From positions 25,482,001 through 25,546,000 of the forward strand of contig OZ024764.1 in NCBI GenBank assembly GCA_964016885.1: 64,000 nt of DNA. Direction: 5' to 3'. Below are positions 39,721 to 51,830 of this stretch, in pieces. The stretch is from Eledone cirrhosa. Taxonomy: Eukaryota. Within the stretch, counting starts at the first letter, position 1. The number at the start of each line of letters is the position of its first letter. The notes beneath the pieces were generated by a model. It did no database searches, was not told the origin of the DNA, and worked only from the letters and a program-made list of their open reading frames with translations. A program made the position numbers and the translations under genes.

Positions 39721-40159
39721 AATGTCTTATGGTAGCTAAGATGCTTCCATGGGCAGTATCCCGGTTGAGCACTCTATGCTCCTACAGAGCAGAGTATTAT
39801 AGAATGGAAAACGAAAAATCAGTGATGCACGGGAACTCAATTTATTGTGTGTTACAACTGTTTCCACGGCGAACAGCTGGAGGTGCGATCCATGTGTGAA
39901 TCTACCTGACTCTAATCTTGCAGGTTCCTCGGACATGTCTATTGATTTTGGATCATATCCTCTTTCGAAAGAGGAAATGATCCAAAATCAATGGACGTGT
40001 CCTCGAGCTCTTCACCAGGGAAACAATAGTAACACACAATAAATTGAGTTCTGATGCATCACTGATTTTTCGTTTTCTATTCTATATATATATATAGACC
40101 CATGCTAGCGTGGAAAATGGACGTTAAACGATGATGATGATATATATATATATATATAT

Positions 40160-41252
40160 GGAAAGTTACTACAGTGGATCAAATGTTTCCTGACAGACAG
40201 AACCTAACATGTTGTAGTCAAAGGAGTAAAATCAAGCCCTGCCAAAGTCAGCAGTGGCGGACCCACTTCTTTTCATCATCTACATTATTGAGCACAGCAA
40301 CATAAGAATCTTCGCAGATGATTCTAAGCTCCAAAGGGTCCGGATTTGCCTTCAGTCAGATCTACTGGCTGTTATCCAATGGGCAGAGATGAATAATATG
40401 CTCAGGATAAATTTGAATTAATCCACTTTGGAAAAAAGGATGCCTTGAAACTACCATACTCTCTTCCTTTGGTTGAAACTCTCATGGCATCCAATAACAT
40501 CAGACACCTGGGAGTAATTGTGGACAACAACATAAGCTGGGCCACTCATATAAACAGCAAAGTACATATGGCCCGCAGAATGTATTCCTGGATTCTCAGA
40601 ACTTTCCAGTCAAGAGATATCCACACTGTTGTCCTTCTCTTCTCCACTTTTGCTCGACCCTACCTTGAAAACAATTGTCCACTGAGGTCTCCTCACACAA
40701 AACAAAGTATCATGAAAGTTGAAGCACCCCAAAGGTCAATTACAAAAAAGATAGATGGCATGACATGCCTTGACTATTGGGGTCGATTAGAAAATCTCAA
40801 CCTTTATTCTCTCCAATGTCGCTGTGAGCGCTACATTATCTGCGTGATGGGGAAAATATTCCATCAGCTTTGCCCAAATGATGTTGGCATCACCTTTAAT
40901 GTACACTCAAGGCCTGGGCCCCGTGTGATCCGCCCACGACAAAAATCTCACTCGCATCACATAACAACAATACGGCACAATTATTTCACCTCAATTGGCC
41001 CTGCACTATTTAACATTACACCAAAACACATCAAAATAGAGACAGACCCCATCAAGTTATAGAAGTCTTTGGACAAATTCCTTCAAGAAATCCCGGATAA
41101 GCCTCCTACACTCAGATATGTCTCCGTAAACAATAATTCTCTACTCGAGTGGACCATGGTGCCCAAACCCTGATTTGTAAGATTTCGCCAGGTGGTGCTA
41201 TTAAGTGTGACATGATCTAGGCCAATACTGGCCGAAACCTATCAAAGTTAAG
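40160..41252 (+). mobile_element. CR1-group LINE, 5'-truncated RT/3' region
   Basis: FADDSKL, LQSDL, HLGVIVDNNISW..HI, WILRTF, RPYLE, YWGRLENLNLYSLQ.R.ERY. Confidence 0.85.
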
Positions 41253-41279
41253 TTATATATATAATCATATATATATATA

Positions 41280-41790
41280 CTAGCAGAATGGCCCGGCGTT
41301 GCTCGGGATTCTAAACATAGACTGGCATGTTTATCCCTCCTTTCTGAAACAGTACAGAGAAGTACGGAATACCTCGGCCTGGGGATGGTGTCTACATTTT
41401 GTGCTTATAAAAATAATTTGTTGTAGATTACCAGGGGTTTAACTTATTTGGGTGCCTGAGAGTAAAATGTTCAAACCACGAAAGCCAAGACGATAGGGTT
41501 AAGTAAAAAGGCATTCGACAAACTGAACATGTATTTGTTGTGCTATGGTACGATGAAAGCAATAGTTACAGAGCAGTAAGCATCTGGGACTGCAGTGGTG
41601 GAGAGCATGAAGGAATTTAGTTGGATACTTTAGTTGGTTACAGGCCCTAATGCAACCAAAATGCTAAACAATGTGGTCCCCAGGTAAAAATTTGAAATCT
41701 TTTTCAGTCAAGAAGTTTTAAAAAAATCGGTTGGGTACTTCTCGAGTTACAGGCCCTAACGCAACCAAAATGCTTCAAAAAATTGGGAGA
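41280..41790 (-). mobile_element. Non-autonomous Helitron 3' part
   Basis: CTAG terminus with the same CCCGAGCAACGCCGGG hairpin as at ~26552-26567. Confidence 0.65.
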
Positions 41791-41794
41791 GGTA

Positions 41795-43745
41795 TGTTCG
41801 TAATGATGATGGAGTACTTGCCATCACTGATGCTGATAAGAAGGTAGCTTGGAAGTGTCACTGCGAGAGGCTACTAAATGAGGAGAATAAATGGGAAAAA
41901 GATAGTCTGCCCCAAATCGATCCAGTAGAGGGACCAGCAGTGTAAGTTGATGGTAGTATAATAAGTAAGGCAATCAAAAATATGAAGACGGCAAGGCAGC
42001 TGGGCCTTCGGAGATAGTTGCTGAAATGCCTGAAAGCAACTGGAACGGTGGGACACACTATGGTCACCCGGATAGTAAACCAAGTCATACAAAACGGGGT
42101 CATACCAAATGACTGGCGTAGCAGCATCATCATTAACTGCTACAAGGGTAAAGGAGATGCCCTAGATAGGGGAAACTATAGAGGCATTAAATTAATTGAC
42201 CAGGTCATGAAGGTCACAGAAAAAGTTATAGCGCAACTAATCAGAGAGCGAATTGATCTAGATGAAATGCAGTTTGGGTTGTGTCAGGTAAAAGTACCAC
42301 AGATGCCCTTTTCCTTGTACGACAACTACAGGAGAAGTACCTAGCTAACAGTAAACCCCTATACTTAGCTTTTGTTGACTTGGAGAAAGCCTTTGACAGT
42401 GTCCTCCACGCCATTATCTCGTGGGTCCTTAGAAAACTAGGTGTCGATGAATGGCTTGTGAGAGCTATACAAGCCGTGTATAAAGAAACAGTCAGCAAGA
42501 TTAGAATTAACAACGAATATAGTGAAGAATTTAGCGTAAAAGTTGGTGTTCATCAGGGCTCTGTCCTTAGCCCCCTCCTATTTATTATTGCCCTGCAGGC
42601 TATAACAGAGGAGTTCAAGACCGGCTGCCCATGGGAACTCCTATATGCAGATTATCTAACGCTCATAGCTGAATCAATGGCTGAACTCGAGAAGAAATTC
42701 CAAACTTAAGCATGGCCAAAATTAAATCAAAAGGCCTTAAAATTAACCTGTCTAAGACCAAAGTTCTAGTATGTAGGAAGGAAAATAAGGCACATGTCCC
42801 CTCTGGGAAATGGCCATGCACAGTGTGTAGGAAAGGAGTAGGCAGAAATTCAATTTTATGTCCCAAATGCAAAGTATGGGTGCATAAAAGATGTAGTGAG
42901 ATCACAGGTAAACTAACTAGGAACATAGATTTTATATGTGGCCGATGCTCAGGTGCAATAAGTAGCAAGTGCCCACAGGATACTAGCTCCTTCTATTGCC
43001 CAGATGGTTCTATAGAAATAGTGGACACCTTCCGTTACCTGGGTGACAAAATCAGCAGTTGAGGAGGGTGCTCTGAAAGTACAGTAGCCAGAGACAGAAC
43101 GGGATGGAAAAAGTTCAGAGAGCTTATACTGCTGTTGGCCACAAAAGGTTTCTCTCTAAAAGTGAAAGGCAGACTGTATGATGCCTGCATACGAACAGCA
43201 ATGTTACATGGCAGTGAGACCTGGGCATTGTGTGCAGAGGACCTGCCTAGACTGGAGAGGAATGAAGCTTGCATGCTCCGTTGGATGTGTAATATTAATA
43301 TATGTGAACAGCAAAGCATAAATGAAGTAAGTGAGAAATTAGGAATAAGAGGGATCAGATACTGTTTACTTGAGAGAAGACTACGTTGGTATGGTCACAT
43401 GATGCGCATGAAAGATGACAGCTGTATAAAAAATTGATGGTAGTTACGGAGTAGGTAGACCCAGAAAACCTGGGACGATCTGATAAATCCCGACCTTACA
43501 CACACCTCTCTAAGACAATGTCACTGGACCAAGATCTTTGGCGCTATGCAGTACTACAGAAGACCGGCCTTGCCTATGTACAAAGTGAAACCTACAGTCA
43601 GTAGGCACCTCTTAACCAAAATACACCCCCCTCCCACTACCCCCTTTCTCAGTAACACGGTAAAAACCTCCCAGCCCACACTGTAAATGTGGTTGGTGTT
43701 AGGAAGGGCATCCAGCCATAGGAAACCTCCCAGACAGTCCTATAT
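41795..43745 (+). mobile_element. RTE LINE family B, 5'-truncated (RT-PHD)
   Basis: NYRGIKL, VDLEKAFD, GVHQGSVLSP, LLYADY, C4HC3 finger, MLHGSETW, 3'UTR. Confidence 0.93.
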
Positions 43746-43837
43746 TTTTTTATTATTTTATTATAACTAGATGGTTTTTACTTAGTTAGTATATGTACAT
43801 ATAATATAAGGTATATATATATATGTGTGTGAGAATG

Positions 43838-43879
<42 letters not shown>

Positions 43880-44588
43880 TTGTGCAGAGATAGTTGAAGT
43901 TTTTATATATATATATATAATTATATATAATTATAAAATGTGGAGAAGGAGCACACGACTTGGAATATATATATATGTAAACAGAGAGAAAAACACAATT
44001 ATTAGGAAGAAAAATTTTTTTTTTTCCTTTTATTTTTTTCTCTTTTTTCTGGGTTAGAAAATGTTTAAAACAAAATATTTTACTTTGTGTGAAGTGTTAA
44101 GGTATTAGTTAATTTATTTATTTCTATATTTAATAATTGTCAATTACTGGTTTCAGCATTTTATGCATTATCAAAGGGGGGAATATGTATTGGTATAAAA
44201 TGTAGGAGGGAAGATAAGGTGATGTTGAACATGATAAGGAAATGGGAAAGAGAAAATAATATTATTTACAGGCATAGGTCTTGAGGATAAGCAGTTCAAA
44301 AAGTGTTATTATGGCAAGAGTGCTTGGTTGATCCATCATGGAGGCAAATGGAAGTCTGGGGTTGGATATGTTTTCCCTATTTAGAGAGTTAATATGCAGG
44401 GGGGGGGGGGTAAATCAGGGTGGTTGGGAAGGGCAGAGAGAGATGAGAGGGGGTAATTCATTTATATAAGAAAAAGGATTAGGTAGGGTGTAGGGAGGTA
44501 ACTCTTTAGAGAACATAGGAATTTGGGCTTTGTTTCACTGTTCGTTCCAGTTTTAGTGTGGGGCTTTGGTTCATTGTTCATTCCAGTT

Positions 44589-44800
44589 TTAATTTAGTCC
44601 AAAGTTTAGTCCATTAAGTAGAGGTTGGAATTTGTTAATGAAGTACGTTTCCTTATTGGTACGATGGATGAAAGAAGCGTTGTCTATGAATTTGTAAATG
44701 GGGAAAATTTTAAAGTTTGGTTGTTGGTTAGGTGCACAATTGGCGATATGTTCACTAAAAACAATCTTTCTGTATTCCTGTATTTTGATTTGTGATCTAA
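44589..44800 (-). mobile_element. Penelope-like element GIY-YIG C-terminal remnant
   Basis: SEHIANC...FKIFPIYK...R.NKETYFINKFQPLLN; an oppositely oriented hammerhead-bearing segment lies next to it. Confidence 0.7.
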
Positions 44801-44900
44801 AAAGGGAAAACATATCCAACCCCAGACTACCATTCCAAACGGAACTTCAACCGTTAAGGTCTGATTCCTGGGTATGTCACTATTTATAAAACAAATTTTG

Positions 44901-44961
44901 TATTTTACCTGATGAGAGTGTACCAAAGTTTTGGTAGTCTTGAAATATATATAATAGAATA
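44901..44961 (+). ncRNA. Type I hammerhead motif
   Basis: tattttac-CTGATGA-gagtgtaccaaagttttggtagtctt-GAAA-TATATA-TA-atagaata. Confidence 0.6.
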
Positions 44962-45057
44962 AATATGGTTTTATAAATATAGTTTCCATTTATTAATATC
45001 ATTGATATATATATATATATATATAATCATATATATATAATCATATATATATATATA

Positions 45058-45161
<104 letters not shown>

Positions 45162-45216
45162 CATATATATATATATAATAAAGAAGAAATTAAAAGATGG
45201 TTAAAAGAGTTCCATA

Positions 45217-45286
45217 TATTTTATTATGCGCATTTCGAATACAAAATCATCCTGGCACAAAAATTGTGTTCTCATCAGATAAGATA
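45217..45286 (-). ncRNA. Type I hammerhead motif (left arm of inverted pair)
   Basis: tatcttat-CTGATGA-gaacacaa...ttgtattc-GAAA-TGCGCA-TA-ataaaata. Confidence 0.7.
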
Positions 45287-45329
45287 AGGTAACATGATAA
45301 GTGCTATTAGGCCTCATATCATGTTATCT

Positions 45330-45399
45330 TATTTTATCTGATGAAAACACAATTTTTGTCCCAGGATGATTTTGTATTCGAAATGCGCATAATAAAATA
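45330..45399 (+). ncRNA. Type I hammerhead motif (right arm of inverted pair)
   Basis: tattttat-CTGATGA-aaacacaa...ttgtattc-GAAA-TGCGCA-TA-ataaaata. Confidence 0.7.
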
Positions 45400-45550
45400 T
45401 ATGGAACTCTTTTAACCATCTTTTAATTTCTTCTTTATTATATATACTCCAGTTCTACCAACTGTTTAGTGCTACTTATCTGATATATGCATAGTTTTAT
45501 TGTTCTACAATATTACCCACCTTCTACATATATCTATATATCTATATATA

Positions 45551-45662
45551 ACAGTTTCTGAAGATCTGATCGAGCTAACATTGTATTTAAAATTGAGTAG
45601 CACTGCTTCTAGTGTTCAGCAATTTTTAAACATCTTTATCAGTGAAACAATTGTTAGACTGT
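45551..45662 (+). ncRNA. Type I hammerhead motif with very long domain II
   Basis: acagttt-CTGAAGA-tctgat...atcagt-GAAA-CAATTG-TT-agactgt; decayed relative at ~39010-39160. Confidence 0.6.
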
Positions 45663-46205
45663 AAATAAATCCCCTTTTTTGTACTATTGACCATGTTATT
45701 CTCCACTTTTTCAATTATATTACTCCAAAATAAACTTACATAGGAATACAAGTGAAATCATAAACTCGTCATCTACGTAACCCTCTTGTTGAGTCAAGCA
45801 ACGCCGTATGCTAAAACTATCCATAATAAGAAGTATTCACAACCTCTAACTGGATTACCTATAATGATATTTTGTTATCCTTTATATATATATAGTGATA
45901 GAACACTGGAAGGTAATATCCATAGTGGAAGAGCACTCAGTCCATGGGACGAATTAGGTAGAAGTGGTTACACAACAGTTATGAACTAACTGTTGTGTAA
46001 CCACTTCTATATATATATATATAATCATATATATATAAAAAGAAATGTTTCCCTCTACATGACTGAATACAATAAATGTAACCTGAGTTTTTCGAATATT
46101 AATAACATTCGATTTGTTTTCAATTATGAAAACAAGCCTCAATTTTATAGCCATGTCAGTAGAATGAACCCTTCATTCTTGCTCTTATGTTGGCATGTGA
46201 ACAGA

Positions 46206-46251
46206 ACTGCAGACACTAATGTTTCTGGGTATCACCCTTCATCAGTACAGC
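46206..46251 (-). ncRNA. Minimal type I hammerhead motif, sense to the host pre-mRNA
   Basis: gctgta-CTGATGA-agggt gat accca-GAAA-CATTAGTG-TC-tgcagt. Confidence 0.75.
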
Positions 46252-46554
46252 CCTCTACCGATACTGCCAATCCAATAATAATATTCAATTTGATTCTAAA
46301 AAATGTTCTGGGGTAGCATTTTTCTCTCCACCCTCATCCTCCGCTCCAGGTGGAACTTGAAAAAATAATTGTATTAACCAGTGATGAATGATGTGAAAGA
46401 AATGCAATAGGTTGGCTTGGTCATGTGTTGAGGATGGATGAAAGTGAGTGGATAATTGACTCATGTCAGTGATGATAAAAAGAGAGTGAGATAGTGAGGG
46501 AGAGAGAGAAAGACAAAGGTAAACTAAAAATGAAATAACAAAAAAAAAACTTAC

Positions 46555-47373
46555 CTGTAACCGTAGCAACCAGCTGTAATGTTTGATGTCATTGAGTACA
46601 AGTGAGTGACCCTGCTCCACAGCAAGTATGACCCCTTTGTGTCGCAGCGACCCAGATATTCGGTCCCCACGCAGGCAAAATCCAAGCTGTTGGACGATGA
46701 GTGGATTCTCAAGGGTAATGTAGAAGAGGATCTCTCGCAGGAGCCGATAGTTTCCCATGTACGTGCACTTCACCGCGTCGTAGACACTCTGCATGCAGCT
46801 GACTTTGGTGTTGAGGTCACGACCCTGAGTCTTCAATACGACCTCTCGCTTCTTGACCAGGCCAACGTCCACATACTTGCGGTCACTGGTTGACAGTGAC
46901 GTGTAGATGTGGGCAGCATCTAGCTCCTTGCAGCTGAGCTTTGAAAAATAGCCGAGATCATGCAATAGCCGCTGAGTAAGCAGGACAACCTCATCTGCGT
47001 CCAGCGCCTTGCCCCAATCAGCCGGGTATAGAACCGGCAGAAAGGCCCGGATCTGTGCAACCCTTTTCTCCACGTGGGCGAGAAGCTGTTTGCCACCAAC
47101 GACTGCCTCGCCCACAGACAACCACTGCAAAACGCTGTTTCTTTGTACTCCACCACCTCTGTCAGTGTCATCGCCACCTTGCAATGAGGCCATCACTGCC
47201 TTTTTGTTGTAGCTCCACATTGCGTCGGCATCATCATCATCACCAATGCTAAACGAATTCAAGCGCGTTATCCAGACGATCACAAAGAAGATGACGACAA
47301 AAGGCACGAGCCATTTGCGTAAGCGCACTCGGCTGCGTCTCCGCATTAGGCTTTTCAGGTACGTCACGATCAT
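46555..47373 (-). CDS. PKDCC: PKDCC/VLK-like secretory kinase homologue, first visible coding exon (type II membrane anchor plus kinase N-lobe)
   Basis: Basic N-terminus (RRRSRVRLRK) then a hydrophobic segment (WLVPFVVIFFVIVWI). LSC, EVVLK (beta3 Lys), the CMQSVYDAVKC Cys pair, LLREI (alphaC Glu), NPLIVQQLGFC and EQG...SWLLRLQ are colinear with vertebrate PKDCC. Donor CAG|GTAAG at 46554; upstream polypyrimidine/TTTCAG acceptor at 47394-47395. The ORF-track tail after LRLQ is intron read-through. Confidence 0.85.
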
Positions 47374-47925
47374 GTTATTGTCTCTGACCTCATCTGAAAT
47401 GACACAAAAATATATAAAATAAATAAATAAATGAACGGAAATGATGAAATTGCATGCATGTATAATCCAATAACTCCCAAGGGAGTTGTAGGGGTGTCAT
47501 ATTGACAGAGTCCTTCTTCTCTCCAACAGATTTCTTCCAGAGAAGGTGAGAGAGAGTGAGAGAAAGGAAGTGAGTAAGAAATCTAGAGGCAGAATCGACC
47601 CCAGTACTTGACTGGTATTATATTTGTAAGTATGTATCATTCTGTAACTCCTGATGGAGTCATAGGGGCGCCATATTGACATCCAGTATTTCTAGCGCAA
47701 TTTCTTTTTTTTATTAAAATCGGAGCCCAATACCTCTCAGGTGAATACAGCAGATTTCTTCCAGAGAAGAAGAGGGAGTAAACTATAAAAGTAGCTACTT
47801 CACTTTGTCCTCATTAAATTCACCTTGTCCTCATTCTTAGTGCAAGCTTTGAAAAGTGCAGTTTATTTAAAATCTTAAAAAGGAAAGAAGTATAAATAAA
47901 ATGCATTATTTATGGGATGGCCAGG

Positions 47926-48703
47926 ACGGTGGATTGGCAGTATCGGTAGAGAGTCGGACACCATACTTTGCAGCATAGGGTTACAGCCCTTTGCGGTCTG
48001 AGTTCAAAACTCACCGAAATTAGCTTTGCCTTTCATCCTTAAGGGGTCAATAAAATAAAGTACCAGTAATGCACTGGGTAATTGCTGGCCTTGTGCCTAA
48101 AGTAGAAACAATTATTTATAGAATGAAGGGCGGTGAATTGGCAGTATCGGTAGAAGGTCCGACGCCATGCCTTGACGCATAGAGTTACGGCCCTTGCCAT
48201 TCTGTGTTCAAATCCCGCCTAGGTTAACTTTGCCTTTCATCCTAACGGGGGTCGATAAAATAAAATACCAGTAATACACTGGATTAATTGCTGGCCTTGT
48301 GCTTATTGTATAAACAATTATTTATAGAATGTCCCAATATATGTCTGCAAAGCAGTATTACGCTCCCGCGAAATAAAGCATAGTTGTGGAAGCTATTCAC
48401 TACGTATGTTACCCTCTAGTGGAGGATCTTTCAGATGATAGTAGCTAGAATAAGGATGGAGAAGTTTAGGGAACTACTAACTCTCAAGTATTTTTTAAAA
48501 TGCATTATTTATGGGATGTGGATTGGCAGTATCGGTAGAGGGTCGGACGCCATGCTTTCCAGCATAGTTACGTCCCTTTACCATCTGAGTTCAAATCCCG
48601 CCGAGGTTGACTTTGCCTTTCATCCTTACGGGGTCGATAAAATAAAGTACCAGTAATGCACTGGTAATTGCTGGCCTTGTGCCTAAAGTAGAAACAATTA
48701 TTT
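47926..48703 (+). mobile_element. Cluster of three Nin/Deu-domain tRNA SINE copies (47926-48118, 48129-48326, 48515-48703)
   Basis: Each has TGGCAGTATCGGTAGA, a GTTCAAA B box and GCCTTTCATCC...GGGGTC.ATAAAATAAA.TACCAG. Confidence 0.85.
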
Positions 48704-48731
48704 ATGGGATGTTTCAATATATATTATATTA

Positions 48732-48841
48732 CCGTATTTTCCAGTGCCGAAGACGCTTCGTCCCTGAGGAAGGACCCTAATTTTGACAACCAAAAATTAA
48801 AAAAAAAATAATAAAAAACCTTTGGCCTCCAGGACACACGG
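48732..48841. mobile_element. Possible Tc1/pogo-type MITE remnant
   Basis: TA|CCGTATTTTCC...GGACACACGG|TA imperfect TIRs, followed by a (GGTATGTGT)n array to ~48901. Confidence 0.45.
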
Positions 48842-49514
48842 TATGTGTGGTATGTGTGGTATGTGTGGTATGTGTGGTATGTGTGGTATGTGTGGTATGT
48901 GCGTGTATTATATACAGGCCTGCTAAACCTACATAGGTACGAGTTGTATCAATAATAACACAGTAGGGCTTGGTGGTGGTGGTGGTGGTGGGGTGATCCC
49001 TATCATGAAAATATCCAAGAAATCTTCTATGAGATTCAACCGTATAGGAGGCCAGCTAAACTTGTATAGGTGTGAGGAGGAGATCCCTATCATTAAAACA
49101 CCGAAAAAGTCTCAAATGAGATATATTCCTGTAAGCGGCTAGCTAAACCTGTATAGGTGTGAGCTGTAACAAGATGATAGGACTTGGGTGGGGTGGGGAG
49201 AAGGGGTCTGTATTATTATAACACCCAAGAAATCTTCTATTAGAAACAACCTTGTAGGAGGCCAGTTAAACCTGCAGAGCTGGTGTGAGTTGTGTCGAAA
49301 ACATGATAGGTCTGTTGGGGAGGAGTGAGCTATCATAAACCCCTCCCCCCCTAAACCCCCAAGAAACCTGCTATGATATCTAGACTCACTGAAGTCCAGT
49401 TAAACCTGTATAGATGTGGGGTGGCACTACCACCCTCCTAGACTGGCTTCTGGCCTGGTTTCTGCAACTGGATTTCTTATCTAATGTCAATCACTTTACC
49501 GAGTGTATGTATGT

Positions 49515-50165
49515 CATCATTTAACGTCTATCTTCCACGCTAGCATGGGTTAGGTGACCGTATCTTGCTCATATAGGAGAGTTTCTGGTTGGTTTCTACG
49601 GCTGGATGCCCTTCCTCACGTAAACCAATATGTATTCAAAATTGACGGAAATTACGGTGTAGGTAGACCCAGAAAAACCTGGGACAATTTGATAAATTCC
49701 GACCTTACACATTTACACCTCTCTAAGACAATGTCACTGGACTGAGATCTTTGGCACTACACAGTAATACAGAAGACCTGCCTTGCCTATGTACAAAGCG
49801 AAACCTACAGTCAGTAGGCACCTCTTAATCAAATATACACCCCCTCCCACTACCCCAACTCCCCCACTTTCTCTGTAAAGTTATGTTGGTACCACAACAT
49901 CCAGTCCTAAATAAATGAGGATGTGTAGGTATCATGACAAAAAAACACACAGTCCACGCTGTAATGTGGCCGTGTAGGTAACACGGTAAAAACCTCCTAG
50001 TTCACACTGTAAACAAGGTTGGTGTTAGGAAGGGCATCCAGCCATAGAAAGCTTGCCAGGCAGTCCTATACGAGCAAGACAACCAATCTTGCCTCAAGTG
50101 AGACAATTCCCGTCTAAGCCCATGATAGCATGGAAGATAGACATTAAACGATGATGATGATGATG
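49515..50165 (+). mobile_element. RTE family B 3' fragment (49635-50165) preceded by an inverted 3'UTR piece (49515-49625)
   Basis: GRPRKTW, 3'UTR and (GAT)n; the upstream piece is the reverse complement of the same UTR. Confidence 0.8.
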
Positions 50166-50518
50166 TATTAATTTGAGATACCAGAACTATAAAATTGAGA
50201 TGTGTTGTAGCGTTACAAACAACACATCTATAATATTCCCACTTTTACTAGACGACCATTTCACGTGTAGATCAGTTTAACGACCCAATCTTACGCTATA
50301 TGGCAGTAGGCGATGTATTTACAAACTGTGAGACTTTACGTCCTATAGAATGGAAATACCTTTCTGAAAAGCCGATCTTTCCATTGGAAGTCCTTTGGAT
50401 TTCCAATCTTTTGTGAGGCGAGACCGTCGGTAAAAGAAATTTGGATAGGTGAATATTTAAATTGTATTTTAATTTATTTTGAAAGATTATTTAAAGTTGA
50501 CTTGTTCCGCTTATCTCA

Positions 50519-50568
<50 letters not shown>

Positions 50569-50727
50569 TATATACATATATATATACATATACATATACA
50601 TATATATAAACGGAAAAAATGAAACAAAATTTCATTTCCCACTCTTAGTACGGCTGTTACTTAAATATAAGTATGTATACGTACATACATATATGTATAC
50701 AGACGTACAGTAGTATGTATATATATA

Positions 50728-50779
<52 letters not shown>

Positions 50780-50837
50780 GTATACACTAGTATGTATATA
50801 TATATATATACATACATGCACACATATATATATGTAC

Positions 50838-50871
<34 letters not shown>

Positions 50872-51572
50872 GTACATATATATATGTGTGCATGTATGTA
50901 TATATATATATATACATACTAGTGTACATCTGTATACATATATATATGTGTGCATGTATGTATATATATATATATATATATTTAATACACGCATACATTT
51001 ATTTTTAAAAAATTAATTGAGTTCTTAACACGCAGGATTGATAATGTTTTTGAAAAAACTAATTAACCCACGTGTATATTATTTTACTTTTCTCGTGACT
51101 CGTGATTGTCTCCCTTTTCCGCTTCGTGACACTATGATACTTCCTCAGTCAAAGGACTGCTGGAATTTCAAATTTGGCAGTCATTCGATGTGTGAAGGGA
51201 CAACTTAGCGGACACGAAAATTAACTGCGGTAAGGAATTTTTTCTTATATCAAAGTTTAATGGGCTTCCACTGACGATTTATAAGTACCCACCTACATAT
51301 ATTCTTACATGAAAATATGTTCGGCTTCTACATAAACTGGAAACATTCTCCCAACTTGTAGAAAACTTATAATGAAACAATTGTTTGGAAAGAGAGATAT
51401 ATTTTAACTTTAATTATATCTCATATAAAATAATACAACTGGCATTCCACAAAATACATATAGTTAGCACCCCAGACACTAAATTGGGTTTATACTAACG
51501 TATAACCTAATGTTTGTTGAGTGAGATGGTTACCAGTCGGAGTTTAGCTTAAAGCTTTCTCTGTTATTGTAT

Positions 51573-51614
<42 letters not shown>

Positions 51615-51664
51615 TATGTAAAAGGTAAACAGAAATAACAACACAATCGGTACAGGATATGGAG

Positions 51665-51707
<43 letters not shown>

Positions 51708-51713
51708 GGTGAA

Positions 51714-51830
51714 GGTACGTGACTGAGTGGTTAGAGAATTGGTTTCGCAACCGTGAGGTTGTGAGTTCGATTCCTGGACTGGGCGATGCGTTATGTCCTT
51801 GAGCAAGACACTTTATTTCACGTTGCTCCT
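51714..51830 (+). mobile_element. Second tRNA-derived SINE family (other copies ~20870-20990 +, 52340-52482 -, 62690-62870 -)
   Basis: A box TGACTGAGTGGTTAG, B box GAGTTCGATTCC, then TGTCCTTGAGCAAGACACTTTATTTCAC. Confidence 0.7.

Noticed and set aside
46285-46554. C-terminal 89 aa of the 362-aa ORF, with an apparent second transmembrane segment
   Set aside because: Follows a canonical GTAAG donor; kinase homology resumes at 11665.
51714-51785. tRNA gene
   Set aside because: A/B boxes run into a SINE body found in several copies; cloverleaf is imperfect.
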